Below are positions 18,504 to 29,619 of a DNA stretch of 64,000 nucleotides, piece by piece. Each line of letters starts with the position of its first letter. Within the stretch, counting starts at the first letter, position 1. Source of the stretch: an uncultured Bacteroidaceae bacterium (GTDB lineage Bacteria; Bacteroidota; Bacteroidia; Bacteroidales; GCA-2748055); NCBI GenBank assembly GCA_964406495.1, contig CAYOSB010000002.1, positions 5,044 through 69,043 on the forward strand. Reading direction: 5' to 3'. Under the pieces are notes generated by a model. That model was not told where the DNA came from and made no database searches. It worked only from the letters and a program-made list of their open reading frames with translations. Made by a program: the position numbers and the translations under genes.

Positions 18504-21233
18504 TTATTCAATCGCATGAACATACCCATCGGCAGATAATACATACACCATATTCCGATAGATACACAGGGTCGATTCCTCCACCCGCTGTCCAAGTTTT
18601 ATGATCCAGTGTGGTTTCCCGGTTTCCTGGTCCAGGCAGTAGAAAAACGGCGTATTTCCTGAAGCGATATACACACGGCCGCTGGCCAGGGCAGGCGCCG
18701 ACAACCCTCCACCATCCGGAAAAGCCCAGTTGATCTCCGCTGTTTCCGGATCCACACAATATACCCTGCTGGCGAGCGGTATACCCCCGATACCCCTGCC
18801 AACACGGGCGGTAAAAAATGCTTTTCCATCTGCAAACGCCGGACTCGCATTAAAGCCCGTATGCACTCCCTTTTCTTCTTCATTTGTATTGCCTTCATTC
18901 AGAAGGGCACCAGTCTTCGCATCAAAACTGGTGAAGATATTGGAATGATTCGGCAGATAGATTTTCCCGTCTTTGGCGATTAACGTTCCTGAATCAAGGC
19001 CCACCCCATTTTCTTTCCAGACTATTTCGCCTGTTTTCTTATTAAAAGCATAGAGCGATCTGCTCCAGGAGCCAAAATAGACCAGGTCCCCGTCAATAGC
19101 TGGTTCAGCAGGTACCGATTTGGCTGTGGGGTACATCCATACAATATGTCCGGTTGCACCATCCAGGCACACGGCATATCCACTCACAGTAGGCACATAC
19201 ACCAGGCCGTCATCAACTGCAGCAGAGCCCCACACCCATCCGCCTGGTATGGTTTGCTTCCAGACCACCGCACCTGTTTCGGCATCAAGACAATAGAAAA
19301 AGCGCTCACTTCCCTGTTGCCCTGCATACACTTTGCCATCAGCGATGGCAGGTCCAACGGAAATAGCGGCCCCCATTTCAAATTTCCAAATCTCTTTTCC
19401 CGAATCGGCATCCACGCAATACAGGAAACCGCTGGGTGTCCCGAAATATAACTTCCCGGCAGCAGCAGTGGGTTTACTCTGGTAAAATGTTCCACCGGAA
19501 ACCAGGTCGGTGAATATACGTTCTCCCCCATCATTTTCAAAGGCACGCAATATGCTTTTTTTCCAGCGTAATTTATCATTGCTACCCATGCAATAGAGCA
19601 TCAGGTTGCTGTCTGTGATCAACAGCTGATCTGTATCTCCCGCAAGATCTGCATAGATGGGGTGCCCGCTGATTTTTTCCTCCCATTGTACATTTCCGCC
19701 ATGATCGAAACGGTACAAGCGACCACTGATGGTGGCAGCATAGATGTGTTTGTCATCCACCACCGGCCGTGCCCGTATCCAGTCATCCACTTCCGCTTTC
19801 CAGGCCAGTGTTCCGCTGGAAGCATCCAGGCAGTACAGGTGTTGATCTGCTCCGCCAATATACAGCCTGTCACCATAAAGAACAGGCGTTGAGAAGTGCT
19901 TTCTCGCTCTCTGCTCAGGATCCTCTACCATATATTCCCATATTACATTTCCATCCGATGCATCCAGGCAATACACGCGTCCATCGTTTGCTCCGAAATA
20001 AACCCTGTCCTCTTTTACTTCTACAGCAGTATTGATCGGTCCACCGGCCTGGTGCTTCCAAGCAATGCGCTGTTTCCCTCTTCCACCGGACAGGTTCAGC
20101 GCATACAGGTAGCCTTCCATAGTTCCCTGGTAAACCCTGTCACCGGCAATCACCGGTTCGGCCAGTGCGTCGATATCCCCCACATTAAAGTCCCAGCGCT
20201 TCTGCTTGTTCTGTGCATCGGCACATATCAGCCTGTTAAAGTTCTGGCAGACAGGCGGTGCAGCGTAAATATCATGTACACCAAACGGATAGACCACTAC
20301 ATCTTCATTCCCGGTTACTGCAGCATAGCGTGTCCTGTAATCTACATGACCGGCATACCGGCGCGCTTCCGTTTTCCCCGTCGCTTTATTCAGATACACC
20401 AGGTTGCGGGCCAGTCCTTCGTTTCCGCCGTGTGAATTGATCTCACGCAGCACCACCTGGTCATTGATCAGCAAAGGAGTGGATGCCATACCGGGATATT
20501 TGTACAGGTAAAAAAGGGGATGGTTTTGCGTGGAACTCCAGATCTCTGCTCCGGTCTCCAGGTCCAGGCAGAATGAGGTCACGCGCATACCCGGTGACGT
20601 GACATATACTTTATCCCCTTCAATAACGGGCCGGGCATACCATCCCAATCCTACGGGAAATTTCCATTTCTCGCGGCCAAAGCTGGGTCCTGGTGCCGTG
20701 GTAGTCCCGGTATTGTGTTTGTTGGCCTGGAACATGGGCCATTCAGCAGAAAGGTCCCCGCCTGTGACCCTTGTTTCTGATTCGAAAGCAGTATACATGG
20801 GACCGTTTTCCTCAAGATCCTCCTGAATTTGCTCCATCACCTTGTAACCGGCATCGATGGTCTGGCAGATCCCATGCATTATCTCCCGGTATTTTTTGCT
20901 CTTCTGTGCATCGTTTTCAGGGTCCTGTTGACTATGCAATGTATTCCAGGCACCAAATGCCGGAGTATTTGCCATTCTCGTCTCCAGGTTCCGGTATTTG
21001 AGATCCAGGTCGAAAAACGGAAGTGTATTGGCGCCCTGCTGCTGCAATGCGCTCATCCACATGTACAATATTTTGGTGCGCTCACTCAGATTCGTTTCGT
21101 TGGTTGGTTGTGCTTTTACCTCCGACCGTACGCGGTCAAATTCGGGATCCCCGCTTCTGTATTCCTGTGCAGGAAGTTGTAAGATGCCGGTCATTGAAAT
21201 GATCGCAGCAATTATCAGGCAATAGTTACGCAT
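18504..21233 (-). CDS. Secreted PQQ-like (BamB-type) beta-propeller repeat protein with an N-terminal helical domain of about 170 aa
   Basis: 909 aa with a signal peptide. It has at least 14 repeats of the form [DG]-x-[VL]-Y-x(6-10)-[LVF]-Y-C-[LV]-D-x-x-[ST]-G-x-x-x-W, for example DRVYFGANDGRVYCLDASDGNVIWEY and GKLYFGTPSGFLYCVDADSGKEIWKF. The protein ends ...DGYVHAIE. Confidence 0.85.
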   Translation of the reverse strand: MRNYCLIIAAIISMTGILQLPAQEYRSGDPEFDRVRSEVKAQPTNETNLSERTKILYMWMSALQQQGANTLPFFDLDLKYRNLETRMANTPAFGAWNTLHSQQDPENDAQKSKKYREIMHGICQTIDAGYKVMEQIQEDLEENGPMYTAFESETRVTGGDLSAEWPMFQANKHNTGTTTAPGPSFGREKWKFPVGLGWYARPVIEGDKVYVTSPGMRVTSFCLDLETGAEIWSSTQNHPLFYLYKYPGMASTPLLINDQVVLREINSHGGNEGLARNLVYLNKATGKTEARRYAGHVDYRTRYAAVTGNEDVVVYPFGVHDIYAAPPVCQNFNRLICADAQNKQKRWDFNVGDIDALAEPVIAGDRVYQGTMEGYLYALNLSGGRGKQRIAWKHQAGGPINTAVEVKEDRVYFGANDGRVYCLDASDGNVIWEYMVEDPEQRARKHFSTPVLYGDRLYIGGADQHLYCLDASSGTLAWKAEVDDWIRARPVVDDKHIYAATISGRLYRFDHGGNVQWEEKISGHPIYADLAGDTDQLLITDSNLMLYCMGSNDKLRWKKSILRAFENDGGERIFTDLVSGGTFYQSKPTAAAGKLYFGTPSGFLYCVDADSGKEIWKFEMGAAISVGPAIADGKVYAGQQGSERFFYCLDAETGAVVWKQTIPGGWVWGSAAVDDGLVYVPTVSGYAVCLDGATGHIVWMYPTAKSVPAEPAIDGDLVYFGSWSRSLYAFNKKTGEIVWKENGVGLDSGTLIAKDGKIYLPNHSNIFTSFDAKTGALLNEGNTNEEEKGVHTGFNASPAFADGKAFFTARVGRGIGGIPLASRVYCVDPETAEINWAFPDGGGLSAPALASGRVYIASGNTPFFYCLDQETGKPHWIIKLGQRVEESTLCIYRNMVYVLSADGYVHAIE

Positions 21234-21365
21234 GTCTTTAATGATTTGGTTTTCAGAAATTCCTGTCTCCAGGCATAGGTGCTTTTGTATTTAGCGGATT
21301 TCAATGCTACTTAATGTCTATATTTTAAATTTTAAGCCCTGCTTTTCTATCCGGGGTTCTACGTT

Positions 21366-22901
21366 TCAGTCATTCTCCTGCATCAATAAGGGAACAGGTG
21401 TTTCCACGAAACCTGCGGGTCTTGAATTCGATGTGGGCACATTGCGGTCGCCGATCCATTTCCTGGCCACCCTGGCCATGGTCATCAATTGCTCAACCTG
21501 GTCCGGGTATGCCTGCGAAAGATCTTTTTTTTCCCCGGGATCATCCTCCAGGTGATACAATTTTGCCTCGCGCGGACCCAGGTCTTTTGCCCACATATTA
21601 ATGAATGATTCAAGTGGTAAGTGTAATTTCCATGCTCCCACCCTGATGGCTTTCAATTGGTCCATCAGGTAGTATGCGAAATAGGCATGGGGAGAGTTTG
21701 CTGTTTCAGGATGTGCCATCAGGTCATAGATATTCATTCCATCGATGACCCGGTCTTCCGGGAGTTCAATCCCGACGATATGTGCCAGGGTAGGCATAAT
21801 ATCCAGCACAGAAGAGATTCCACCTGAGACCTTGCCTTCGGGGAATGTGCCTTTCCAACTAACGATCATGGGCACCCTGAAGCCTCCTTCCATAATGGTT
21901 CCCTTATAACCAGAAAATGGAGCATTTGAAGCCTCCGCATAAGTTCGTGGTGCTCCATTATCTGAAGTAAATATAATCACTGTATTTTCTAAAATTCCTG
22001 CTGCCTCTAACGCCCTGGTGATGACACCCACCGACCAGTCAATTTCTTCTATTACATCACCATACAATCCATTCTTCGAAGTACCCAAGAATGCATCACT
22101 TGCTGAAATGGGATAATGAGGCATGGTGTGTGCGTAATACAGAAAAAATGGCTGTGTACTGTTTTCTTCAATAAACTGTACTGCTTCTTCTGTATACCTC
22201 TGAGTCAGGGTGTTCTGCACCACCGGCTGCTCAATTACTGTTTCATTACGCAGCAGGGGTATCTCAGGTTGGTCATAGGTCTGATTATTGCCTCTCCACT
22301 TAAATCTGCCTTCCCCGGTATCATTGCTGTAAGGTACGCCATAGTAATAATCAAAGCCCTGCCGGGTGGGCAGAAATTCCGGCTGGTCGCCGAGGTGCCA
22401 TTTCCCGATGAGTGCTGTCCTGTAATCCTTTTCTTTCAAAATTTCTGCAATGGTCAATTCACCAGGATGCAATCCCATTTCATCCACCGGAAAGCAGACA
22501 CATTCGCCCCGGTAATTTACCGCCATGTTGTTTCTGACCGGATACGTGCCGGTCAGCAACGCTGCCCTGGAGGGCGTGCAAAGGGAAGCCGCTGCGTAAA
22601 AATCCGTAAACATGATCCCTTCTTGAGCAAGTCGATCGATATGCGGCGTTTTGGTGAGGGTATTCCCGTAACAGGACAAATCACCATAGCCCATATCATC
22701 TGTGAAAATGATGACAAAGTTGGGAGGTTGATCTCCTGCAGCGACGGGGTGCACTGCCAGCAGGATGAGGACCAGGGCGATCCACCTGTATACAGCACCG
22801 CCTGGGTTAGTTCTTTTCGGTTGACTCTGCATCATGGTAAAGATTTTATCTGGTATCATGGTACCCATGATCCGATTATTGTTTTCGCTTGAATAGCGCA
22901 T
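21366..22901 (-). CDS. Arylsulfatase (Cys-type)
   Basis: 511 aa. Motifs PNFVIIFTDDMGYGD, AASLCTPSRAALLTGTYPVRN and GKWHLG. The start is ambiguous between 22901 and the Met at 22835. Confidence 0.95.
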   Translation of the reverse strand: MRYSSENNNRIMGTMIPDKIFTMMQSQPKRTNPGGAVYRWIALVLILLAVHPVAAGDQPPNFVIIFTDDMGYGDLSCYGNTLTKTPHIDRLAQEGIMFTDFYAAASLCTPSRAALLTGTYPVRNNMAVNYRGECVCFPVDEMGLHPGELTIAEILKEKDYRTALIGKWHLGDQPEFLPTRQGFDYYYGVPYSNDTGEGRFKWRGNNQTYDQPEIPLLRNETVIEQPVVQNTLTQRYTEEAVQFIEENSTQPFFLYYAHTMPHYPISASDAFLGTSKNGLYGDVIEEIDWSVGVITRALEAAGILENTVIIFTSDNGAPRTYAEASNAPFSGYKGTIMEGGFRVPMIVSWKGTFPEGKVSGGISSVLDIMPTLAHIVGIELPEDRVIDGMNIYDLMAHPETANSPHAYFAYYLMDQLKAIRVGAWKLHLPLESFINMWAKDLGPREAKLYHLEDDPGEKKDLSQAYPDQVEQLMTMARVARKWIGDRNVPTSNSRPAGFVETPVPLLMQEND

Positions 22902-22919
22902 CTATCGCATTAAAAATTG

Positions 22920-25592
22920 TTATTCAATGGCATGTACATATCCGTCTGAAGACATGATATATATTTTTCCTTTATAAATTGCCGGTGTTGACTCTTCCAC
23001 TTTGTTCCCCATTTTATACATCCATTTGCGTGTGGTGGTGCCATCGCCATTTCCTTTTGCATCCACGCAATAAAAATAAGGATCCGCGATGGAGGGGAAA
23101 TAAACGTTTTCATCATCAATCACCGGACTGCTCAATCCGCCCCCCAGGTGTGTCCATATCTTTTCGCCTGACAAAGCATCAATGCAATAAATGACTGCCT
23201 TAACACATATGCCACCTAATCCGAGTCCATGCCAGCACGACATGTATACCTTCCCGTCGTGATAGGCCGGGGTAACATTAAAAACAGAGTTGCCATCCCT
23301 GAATTCCCAGATCAACTCACCGGTTCGCGCATCAATGCATTTGTTCTTTGAATAGATCCGCCCATCTGCTATGATCGAGACTCCGGAATCAGTAGCACCC
23401 CCCTGGAATTGCCAGTTAACCCTTCCCGTTTTTTTATCAAATGCGATCATGTAATTGTCCCAGCTACCGAATATCACCTGGTCACCTTCCACGCATGGCT
23501 CGCTGCATACAGACATATTGAACCGGTGGCGCCAGATCATATGACCGGTTGATGCATCCAGGGCCATGACATACCCGTCGACACAGGGAACAAAGACCAG
23601 CTCATCCGTAACTGTAGCAGACCCCCAAACCCATCCGGTTTTCTGATCCCATAACTCTTTTCCGGTTGCAGCATCGAGGCAATAGAATTCCTCCTCGGCA
23701 CCCTGCTGTCCGATAAAAATCCTGCCGTTGTCATACGTAGGTGCTCCTGACACAGAACCTCCCAGCTCAAACTTCCATTTTTCTTTCCCGGTTTCCGAAT
23801 CAACGGCATATACAAACCGTGCCGGTGTTCCAAAATAGACCTTGCTATCCACAGCAGTTGGTTTGCTCTGGTAATAGGCTCCTCCTGCGATCTGGTCGGT
23901 GAGTATACGTTCACCATCTTTCATGAAGCTTTCAATGATACTGCGCTTCCATACCGGTTGTCCTGAGGTGGAGATGCAATGTATATAAAGATCACTATCG
24001 TTGATGACCAATTTGTCATTTGCCAGGCTGATGTCTGCGAAAATGGGATGATCGCTCAACTTCAGCCTGAATTGTTCCCTGGCCGTATTATTCTGCAATT
24101 TGTAACCAAACAGGGTACCACCCATGGTGGCAACATAAAGTTGATTATCTTCCAGCACCGGGCGTGACCTTACCCAGTCATCGACCTCAATTATAAAAAG
24201 TATCGCACCACTGTGCACATCAAATCCATACACTTCTTTACTGGCTGATCCAACGACCACAATATTCCCGTATATACAAGGCGTGGAAAAATGCCTGAAC
24301 GCATTGCTTTCCACCCTGGTGGAAGTTTTCCACATCAGTTCACCGGTGTGCCTGTTCAGGCAGTAAAAATAGCCATCATTGGCACCGAAAAATAATTTAT
24401 CGCCATGCACCTCACCTTTGCGGTTGATGGATCCACCTGCCCTGAACTGCCATTTTGCTTTAAGGCCATGACCATACCATTGATCCGCGTCAAAGGCATA
24501 GAGGTAGCCTGTCTGGGTACCGATAAAGATCTGTTTTCCATCCAGGATTGGTTCGGCGAAAGTAAAACCCACATTGTATTCCCATAGGAGTTGCCCTGTC
24601 CTGGTGTCCTTACATTTCAGCATGCTAAATCCCTGCGCGATGGCAGGGGATTCATGAATGTCCTGCGTACCGTATGTATATACGGTGAAATATTCATTTG
24701 CAGTAAACGGGGCATGACCCGCACGGTAATCCACATGTCCGGCCACCATGTCTCTCTCAATGACCCCGGTTGCCTTATCCACGAAAACAATGTCTTTTGC
24801 AGGCCCCTTGTTCCCCCGGGCACCCAATTCCCGGTACATCACATAATCTTCAAGGACCACGGGGGTAGATTGGTTACTCGGGGTATTATACAGCTGATCG
24901 CCCATGATTTCCACCAACTGGTTGGTGTGCCAGATCTCTTCCCCGGTTTCCAGGTCCAGGCACCACATCAGTGTGCGCATTCCCGGGGAGGAAAAGTAAA
25001 CACGTCCATTTTCAATTATCGGCCGGGATTCCCAGGATAAACCAACCGGGAACTTCCAGGCTTTTTCACCGAGAGCAGGACCCGTTGCCCCAGTATACCC
25101 GGTCAGTCCTTCATTTCCCTTGTAGTGTGTCCATGGTATTTCCGGCTGCACAGATGAATCATTTGGGCGACGTGCGCTTGATTTAATGACAGGTGTTGGA
25201 TGAAGAGCCAGTTCATTCTGAATGGAATCCAGGATGGCATAACCCCTGTCAACGGCGTTACATAACCGGTTCATCTGTTCATCTGTGAAGATCTGGGGTT
25301 TTCCCTCATTGCGATCGATCGTGTTCCACCAGGTATCCTTCCGCAAGGCGGAATCTACAGGCAGGTAGGCATCCAGACGAGCACCTTGCTGTTGTAATGT
25401 AACCACCCATAACTTCATCTTAAGGGCACGCAGTTTAAAGGTTTCCCGTGTTGTTGGATTTTGCTGTACATTCAGCCTGATCTGATCCAGTTCCGCATCT
25501 CCGCTGGATACAAAAGAAAGCTCCTGGGAATGGACAAAAGTCACCAGGAATAAAATGATATTGATCACAAGAATCCGCTTTGAAACCATCAT
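22920..25592 (-). CDS. Secreted PQQ-like beta-propeller repeat protein; paralog of 18504-21233
   Basis: 890 aa with signal MMVSKRILVINIILFLVTFVHSQ. It shares blocks with the 909 aa paralog: LQQQGA, AWKFPVGLSWESRPIIENGRVYFSSPGMR versus KWKFPVGLGWYARPVIEGDKVYVTSPGMR, and the identical C-terminal DGYVHAIE. Confidence 0.85.
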   Translation of the reverse strand: MMVSKRILVINIILFLVTFVHSQELSFVSSGDAELDQIRLNVQQNPTTRETFKLRALKMKLWVVTLQQQGARLDAYLPVDSALRKDTWWNTIDRNEGKPQIFTDEQMNRLCNAVDRGYAILDSIQNELALHPTPVIKSSARRPNDSSVQPEIPWTHYKGNEGLTGYTGATGPALGEKAWKFPVGLSWESRPIIENGRVYFSSPGMRTLMWCLDLETGEEIWHTNQLVEIMGDQLYNTPSNQSTPVVLEDYVMYRELGARGNKGPAKDIVFVDKATGVIERDMVAGHVDYRAGHAPFTANEYFTVYTYGTQDIHESPAIAQGFSMLKCKDTRTGQLLWEYNVGFTFAEPILDGKQIFIGTQTGYLYAFDADQWYGHGLKAKWQFRAGGSINRKGEVHGDKLFFGANDGYFYCLNRHTGELMWKTSTRVESNAFRHFSTPCIYGNIVVVGSASKEVYGFDVHSGAILFIIEVDDWVRSRPVLEDNQLYVATMGGTLFGYKLQNNTAREQFRLKLSDHPIFADISLANDKLVINDSDLYIHCISTSGQPVWKRSIIESFMKDGERILTDQIAGGAYYQSKPTAVDSKVYFGTPARFVYAVDSETGKEKWKFELGGSVSGAPTYDNGRIFIGQQGAEEEFYCLDAATGKELWDQKTGWVWGSATVTDELVFVPCVDGYVMALDASTGHMIWRHRFNMSVCSEPCVEGDQVIFGSWDNYMIAFDKKTGRVNWQFQGGATDSGVSIIADGRIYSKNKCIDARTGELIWEFRDGNSVFNVTPAYHDGKVYMSCWHGLGLGGICVKAVIYCIDALSGEKIWTHLGGGLSSPVIDDENVYFPSIADPYFYCVDAKGNGDGTTTRKWMYKMGNKVEESTPAIYKGKIYIMSSDGYVHAIE

Positions 25593-25714
25593 CGGACAGA
25601 AATTAGAAACTATTTTTCGCTTTCGCTACCTGCGCCAATTTGTAACCCTATCCCCGAAATCACCATTGAACCATTGAACCATTATATTCATGCGCATGGT
25701 TCGCTTTTTTGTCT

Positions 25715-26938
25715 TTATTTCACCCTGTACAGCCATAAATCATCGTTATAGCGGATATACAGGATGCCTTCGTGAATCACTGGATGCGCAAATGCGAAGG
25801 TTGCCTGTGCTGCAGGGATCTGGAAGCGGCTGACGATATCAAATCCTTCTTTGGATGGATGCGCGAGCGCTACTTCGCCCCTGTCGGAATACATATAAAA
25901 TTTATCATCCGCCAGTATAAATGAGCCTCGTTGCAAATCGCGGGTTGTAAAGACAGTCTCTCCAGTTTCGTAATCAACACCTGCCCACAATTTCCTTTTA
26001 TCAGAGACGCCGAAAACTGTTCCTTCATACCAAATCAGTCCGCTTATTTTGGCATCCAGATCAGTATTCCGGTATATGGTATCAAGCAGTTGCTCGCCCT
26101 CAACAATTCTGAACAGGGTTGTTCCTTCGCCATAACCGGAGGAGTAGAACAATCTGCCATTATCATAAATGGGTGGCAGGGCATGGTTGAAATGCCTATC
26201 TGTCAGGGGATGCCTGACCCGCACATCGCCGTTATCCGGATCAATAAGCAGAATATAATTCGCCGTGTTCAGAAGTACAAGGTCCTTATTATTGTGGTTA
26301 ATGAGTACAGGAGAGCAATAAGAGTTGACTGTACTGTCGATATCAGCCTTCCAGATAAGTTCCCCACTCATTTTATTGAGTGCAATGAAATTTGCTCCGG
26401 GACCACCTGCGGTAAAGAATATCTTCTCTTCATAAATCAGGGGCGACTCTGTATATCCCCATTTTATTTTCGGAGCATTGTATTGTTCCATGAGATCCAC
26501 GCGCCAGAATTCTTCCCCGGTACGGGCATTTAAACAAACCACATCGCCCATCGAAGCAGCATAATACAAGCGATTCCCCTCCAGGGTCGGTGTGCTCCGA
26601 GAACCCGTATATTTGTAGTTGAATTCAGGGCCGATTTCAGTTTTCCAGACGAGGTTGTATTGTGAGTCGAAATGGAACACGTAGCCAATGGAGTCGATCA
26701 TTCCCGCCACATAAATACCATCTTCATTCACGGCAGGTGCCGCATACCCCGAACCTATCCCGGTAACCGTATGTACCAATTCAGGTCCGGATTCAGGCCA
26801 GCTGTCCAGCAATCCTGTTTCATTATAGACCCCGTTCCTGTGAGGACCTCCGAACTGCGTGATCTGGGCAATATTATCAGAATGAGTAGTGAGTATCGCG
26901 ACTAATACTGCAATGGCCTTCAGATTGATGTGCTTCAT
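25715..26938 (-). CDS. Secreted single PQQ-like beta-propeller protein
   Basis: 407 aa with a signal peptide. Propeller-blade repeats include NRLYYAASMGDVVCLNARTGEEFWRV and EKIFFTAGGPGANFIALNKMSGELIWKA. Confidence 0.85.
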   Translation of the reverse strand: MKHINLKAIAVLVAILTTHSDNIAQITQFGGPHRNGVYNETGLLDSWPESGPELVHTVTGIGSGYAAPAVNEDGIYVAGMIDSIGYVFHFDSQYNLVWKTEIGPEFNYKYTGSRSTPTLEGNRLYYAASMGDVVCLNARTGEEFWRVDLMEQYNAPKIKWGYTESPLIYEEKIFFTAGGPGANFIALNKMSGELIWKADIDSTVNSYCSPVLINHNNKDLVLLNTANYILLIDPDNGDVRVRHPLTDRHFNHALPPIYDNGRLFYSSGYGEGTTLFRIVEGEQLLDTIYRNTDLDAKISGLIWYEGTVFGVSDKRKLWAGVDYETGETVFTTRDLQRGSFILADDKFYMYSDRGEVALAHPSKEGFDIVSRFQIPAAQATFAFAHPVIHEGILYIRYNDDLWLYRVK

Positions 26939-27081
26939 ATATGATCTTTTATTTCAGATTTTATAACTTAGCGAACAACAACAATTGGACCACAAATCCT
27001 ATCTTGCAGTGGCCCACGGTGCAATTGGAACCTATTATACGCATCCCGCATTATATGACAAATTAAAAGACAATAATATTC

Positions 27082-29502
27082 CTAATTAAATGAGATTGTC
27101 CTGGTAGCTCCCTGTTCGAGGGCCAACTCCGTCATTTTTCCGTCAACCATGATTGTACAGGGATTGCCCTGCAGGGATGTAATCACGCATGTTGTCAACG
27201 CTCCCCCCTGCCAGGTCAGATCCACTTCAAAGCCGCCCCGGGTCCGAAGCCCTTCAACAGATCCTTCCGGCCAATCGCCAGGAAGCGCAGGCAAAAGATG
27301 AATAAGAAAATGAAAGTCGGAAAAATCCAATGGGCCTTCTTCACTAATTTCAACTACGATGTGGCTTTGCAACAGCATCTCTGCAATTCCGGCACTTGCC
27401 CCGAAATTCCCATCAATCTGGAATGGAGGATGGGCATCGAAGAGATTGGGATATAATCCGGCCTTTCTGGGTGGGTCACCAGGATTTTTGGGTTTGTCAA
27501 CTGCCGGTGTAATCAGGTTGTGCAGGATTTTCAGTGCATGGTCCCCGTCCAGGAACCTGGCCCAAAAATTGACCTTCCAGCCCATGGACCAGCCGGTTGC
27601 CTCATCTCCCCTGAAAATCAGCGATTGTTTTGCTGCATCAAACAGTTCATCATCCTTCCACGTGATATCGCTTCCGGGATGAACACCCCACAGGTGGGAT
27701 ACATGCCGGTGTTTGTTATCCGGATTATCTTTATCTTCAAGCCACTCCTGGAGCTGTCCATGTTGTCCTATCATATTGGGTGCAATCTTTTCGATCATGG
27801 ATGCAGCTTCTTTTGGCAATGGGCCATCGTCACCAACCAGCCGGCCAGCCAGCACGTAGGCTTCAAACAGCGAACGTATGATCTGGTGGTCCATGGTAGG
27901 TCCCATTACCAACCCACCGTTCTCGGGAGAATTCGAAGGTCCGCTGATCAGGTAGCCGGTGATTTCATCTTCGTATAAAAAATCCGTGTAGAACTTGACA
28001 GCACCCGTGAGGACCGGGTAATATTTTTTCAGAAATTCAAGGTCTCCTGTATAAAGGAAGTGTTCCCAGATGTGGTGCGCAAGCCATCCGCTTCCTCCGA
28101 CCCAGATGCCATGGTTGGATCTATTGACCGGTGCCGTGGCACGCCAGAGATCAAAATTGTGATGCAAAACCCATCCGTCAGCACCATAATGCTCCCTGGC
28201 AGTATTTTGCCCGGCCTCCGCCAGCTCTTCAAGGGCATTAAAAAGAGAGGTGTTGCATTCCGGAAGACCGGTCAGATTGGCCGGCCAGTAATTCATTTCT
28301 GTGTTGATGTTACAGGTCATCTTGCTCCCCCACGGGGGATTGAGTTTGTCATTCCATAGTCCCTGAAGGGTCAGGGGCTGACTATCCTCCCTGCTTCCCG
28401 AGATCAGGAAGTATCTCCCATATTGGAAAAGGAGGGTAACCAGGTCGTTGTCGGTGGTATGTTTAAAATTTTCAATCCGCTCATTCGTGGGCAAATGCAA
28501 ATATGAGGTGTCGGGGGGGTCCAGCGAGAGGGATACCCGGTTAAAGAGCTCCTGGTAATCTTCCAGGTGCGTTACATATAACTCATCAAATTTTTTGGGA
28601 GCGACCTGCTCCAACATGCGTCTACATCTATCAGCCGGACTACCGTCCACTGATTTGTAATTCTCGAAATTTGAGGCGGCCACCACTTTTACAGTTGCGT
28701 CATCTGCCCCTGTCACTTCAAGCAATTCCCCGTTGCGGGAAATTTCTCCCCCCGGGGCGGTGACCTGCAGGTGGACTTCAAATTTAATAACGCCATCTTC
28801 GACCGCTCCGGCAAGCACCATCCCGTCCTGTGTGACCGATGAGATCCTGTAATTGCGATGCGGACTTTCGAGGCTGAGGCTAAATGACACGTTTCCAGGG
28901 CGATCGGCTGAGATCCTGGTGATGATCGCCTGGTCCGGATGGGAGGCAAAGGTCTCCCTTGTAAATCCTACACCATCAACCGTATAAGTGACCTTCGAAA
29001 GTGCCCTGTTAAGATCAAGCTCCCGTCGGAATTGATCTGGCGATTCATGACCGGGAAATTCCAGGTACAGATCAGCACAGGGCTGATATTTGGGCAATCT
29101 TAAGGGGATACTCATGAATTCCTCCATGGCCAGCGCTTCAGCCTTACGCTGCATTTCCCTGGCTTGCTGCAGATCTCCTGCAATTTCATACCTCCGCATC
29201 TGCTGGAGCAGGGCCCTGATCTCGTCCAGGTATTCTACCGCACCGGGATGGGCATACTCCCTGGGCCGGCCTGTCCAGATGGTGGCTTCGTTCAACTGGA
29301 GCCGTTCCCGGGCCGGGCCACCAAATACCATTGCGCCCATGGTCCCATTGCCGATGGGAAGTGCTTCCGTCCACGCTGTAGCGGGTTGATCGTACCAAAG
29401 CACCAGTGTTTCATCATCATGTTCATCTGTTGAAGCACTGCACCCAGTAAAAAACATGCCACTGATCAGAATAATCGCGGAGAATCGACTTAATATCTTC
29501 AT
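27082..29502 (-). CDS. GH95-like glycoside hydrolase (alpha-L-fucosidase family)
   Basis: 806 aa. Lipoprotein signal FFTGCSAS. The N-terminal [28 protein letters not shown]...[15 protein letters not shown] is characteristic of GH95. Confidence 0.9.
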   Translation of the reverse strand: MKILSRFSAIILISGMFFTGCSASTDEHDDETLVLWYDQPATAWTEALPIGNGTMGAMVFGGPARERLQLNEATIWTGRPREYAHPGAVEYLDEIRALLQQMRRYEIAGDLQQAREMQRKAEALAMEEFMSIPLRLPKYQPCADLYLEFPGHESPDQFRRELDLNRALSKVTYTVDGVGFTRETFASHPDQAIITRISADRPGNVSFSLSLESPHRNYRISSVTQDGMVLAGAVEDGVIKFEVHLQVTAPGGEISRNGELLEVTGADDATVKVVAASNFENYKSVDGSPADRCRRMLEQVAPKKFDELYVTHLEDYQELFNRVSLSLDPPDTSYLHLPTNERIENFKHTTDNDLVTLLFQYGRYFLISGSREDSQPLTLQGLWNDKLNPPWGSKMTCNINTEMNYWPANLTGLPECNTSLFNALEELAEAGQNTAREHYGADGWVLHHNFDLWRATAPVNRSNHGIWVGGSGWLAHHIWEHFLYTGDLEFLKKYYPVLTGAVKFYTDFLYEDEITGYLISGPSNSPENGGLVMGPTMDHQIIRSLFEAYVLAGRLVGDDGPLPKEAASMIEKIAPNMIGQHGQLQEWLEDKDNPDNKHRHVSHLWGVHPGSDITWKDDELFDAAKQSLIFRGDEATGWSMGWKVNFWARFLDGDHALKILHNLITPAVDKPKNPGDPPRKAGLYPNLFDAHPPFQIDGNFGASAGIAEMLLQSHIVVEISEEGPLDFSDFHFLIHLLPALPGDWPEGSVEGLRTRGGFEVDLTWQGGALTTCVITSLQGNPCTIMVDGKMTELALEQGATRTISFN

Positions 29503-29619
29503 TCAATCGTAATTAAAAGTGTGTAATCAATTGCTAAAATACTGATAATTATCATCTACACCCTGACAGGCATAGGCCTTCAGCAGAATACGAAAATCTT
29601 TCATGCAGCAAGGTGCGTG

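Noticed and set aside
25663-25683. Micro-repeat CCATTGAA CCATTGAA CCATT, and the nearby imperfect hairpin GAACCAT...ATGGTTC followed by a T-run
   Set aside because: There are only 2.5 copies of an 8-mer. The T-run follows the hairpin on the plus strand, whereas both flanking genes are on the minus strand, so it does not work as their intrinsic terminator. This is too weak to call.
18504-26938. Annotating the propeller proteins as PQQ-dependent dehydrogenases or as BamB
   Set aside because: The sequences show only the generic PQQ-like blade repeat. I did not recognise quinoprotein dehydrogenase active-site features. The size, N-terminal domain and genomic context do not fit the roughly 400 aa BamB lipoprotein. 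I therefore kept them as propeller proteins of unknown function.
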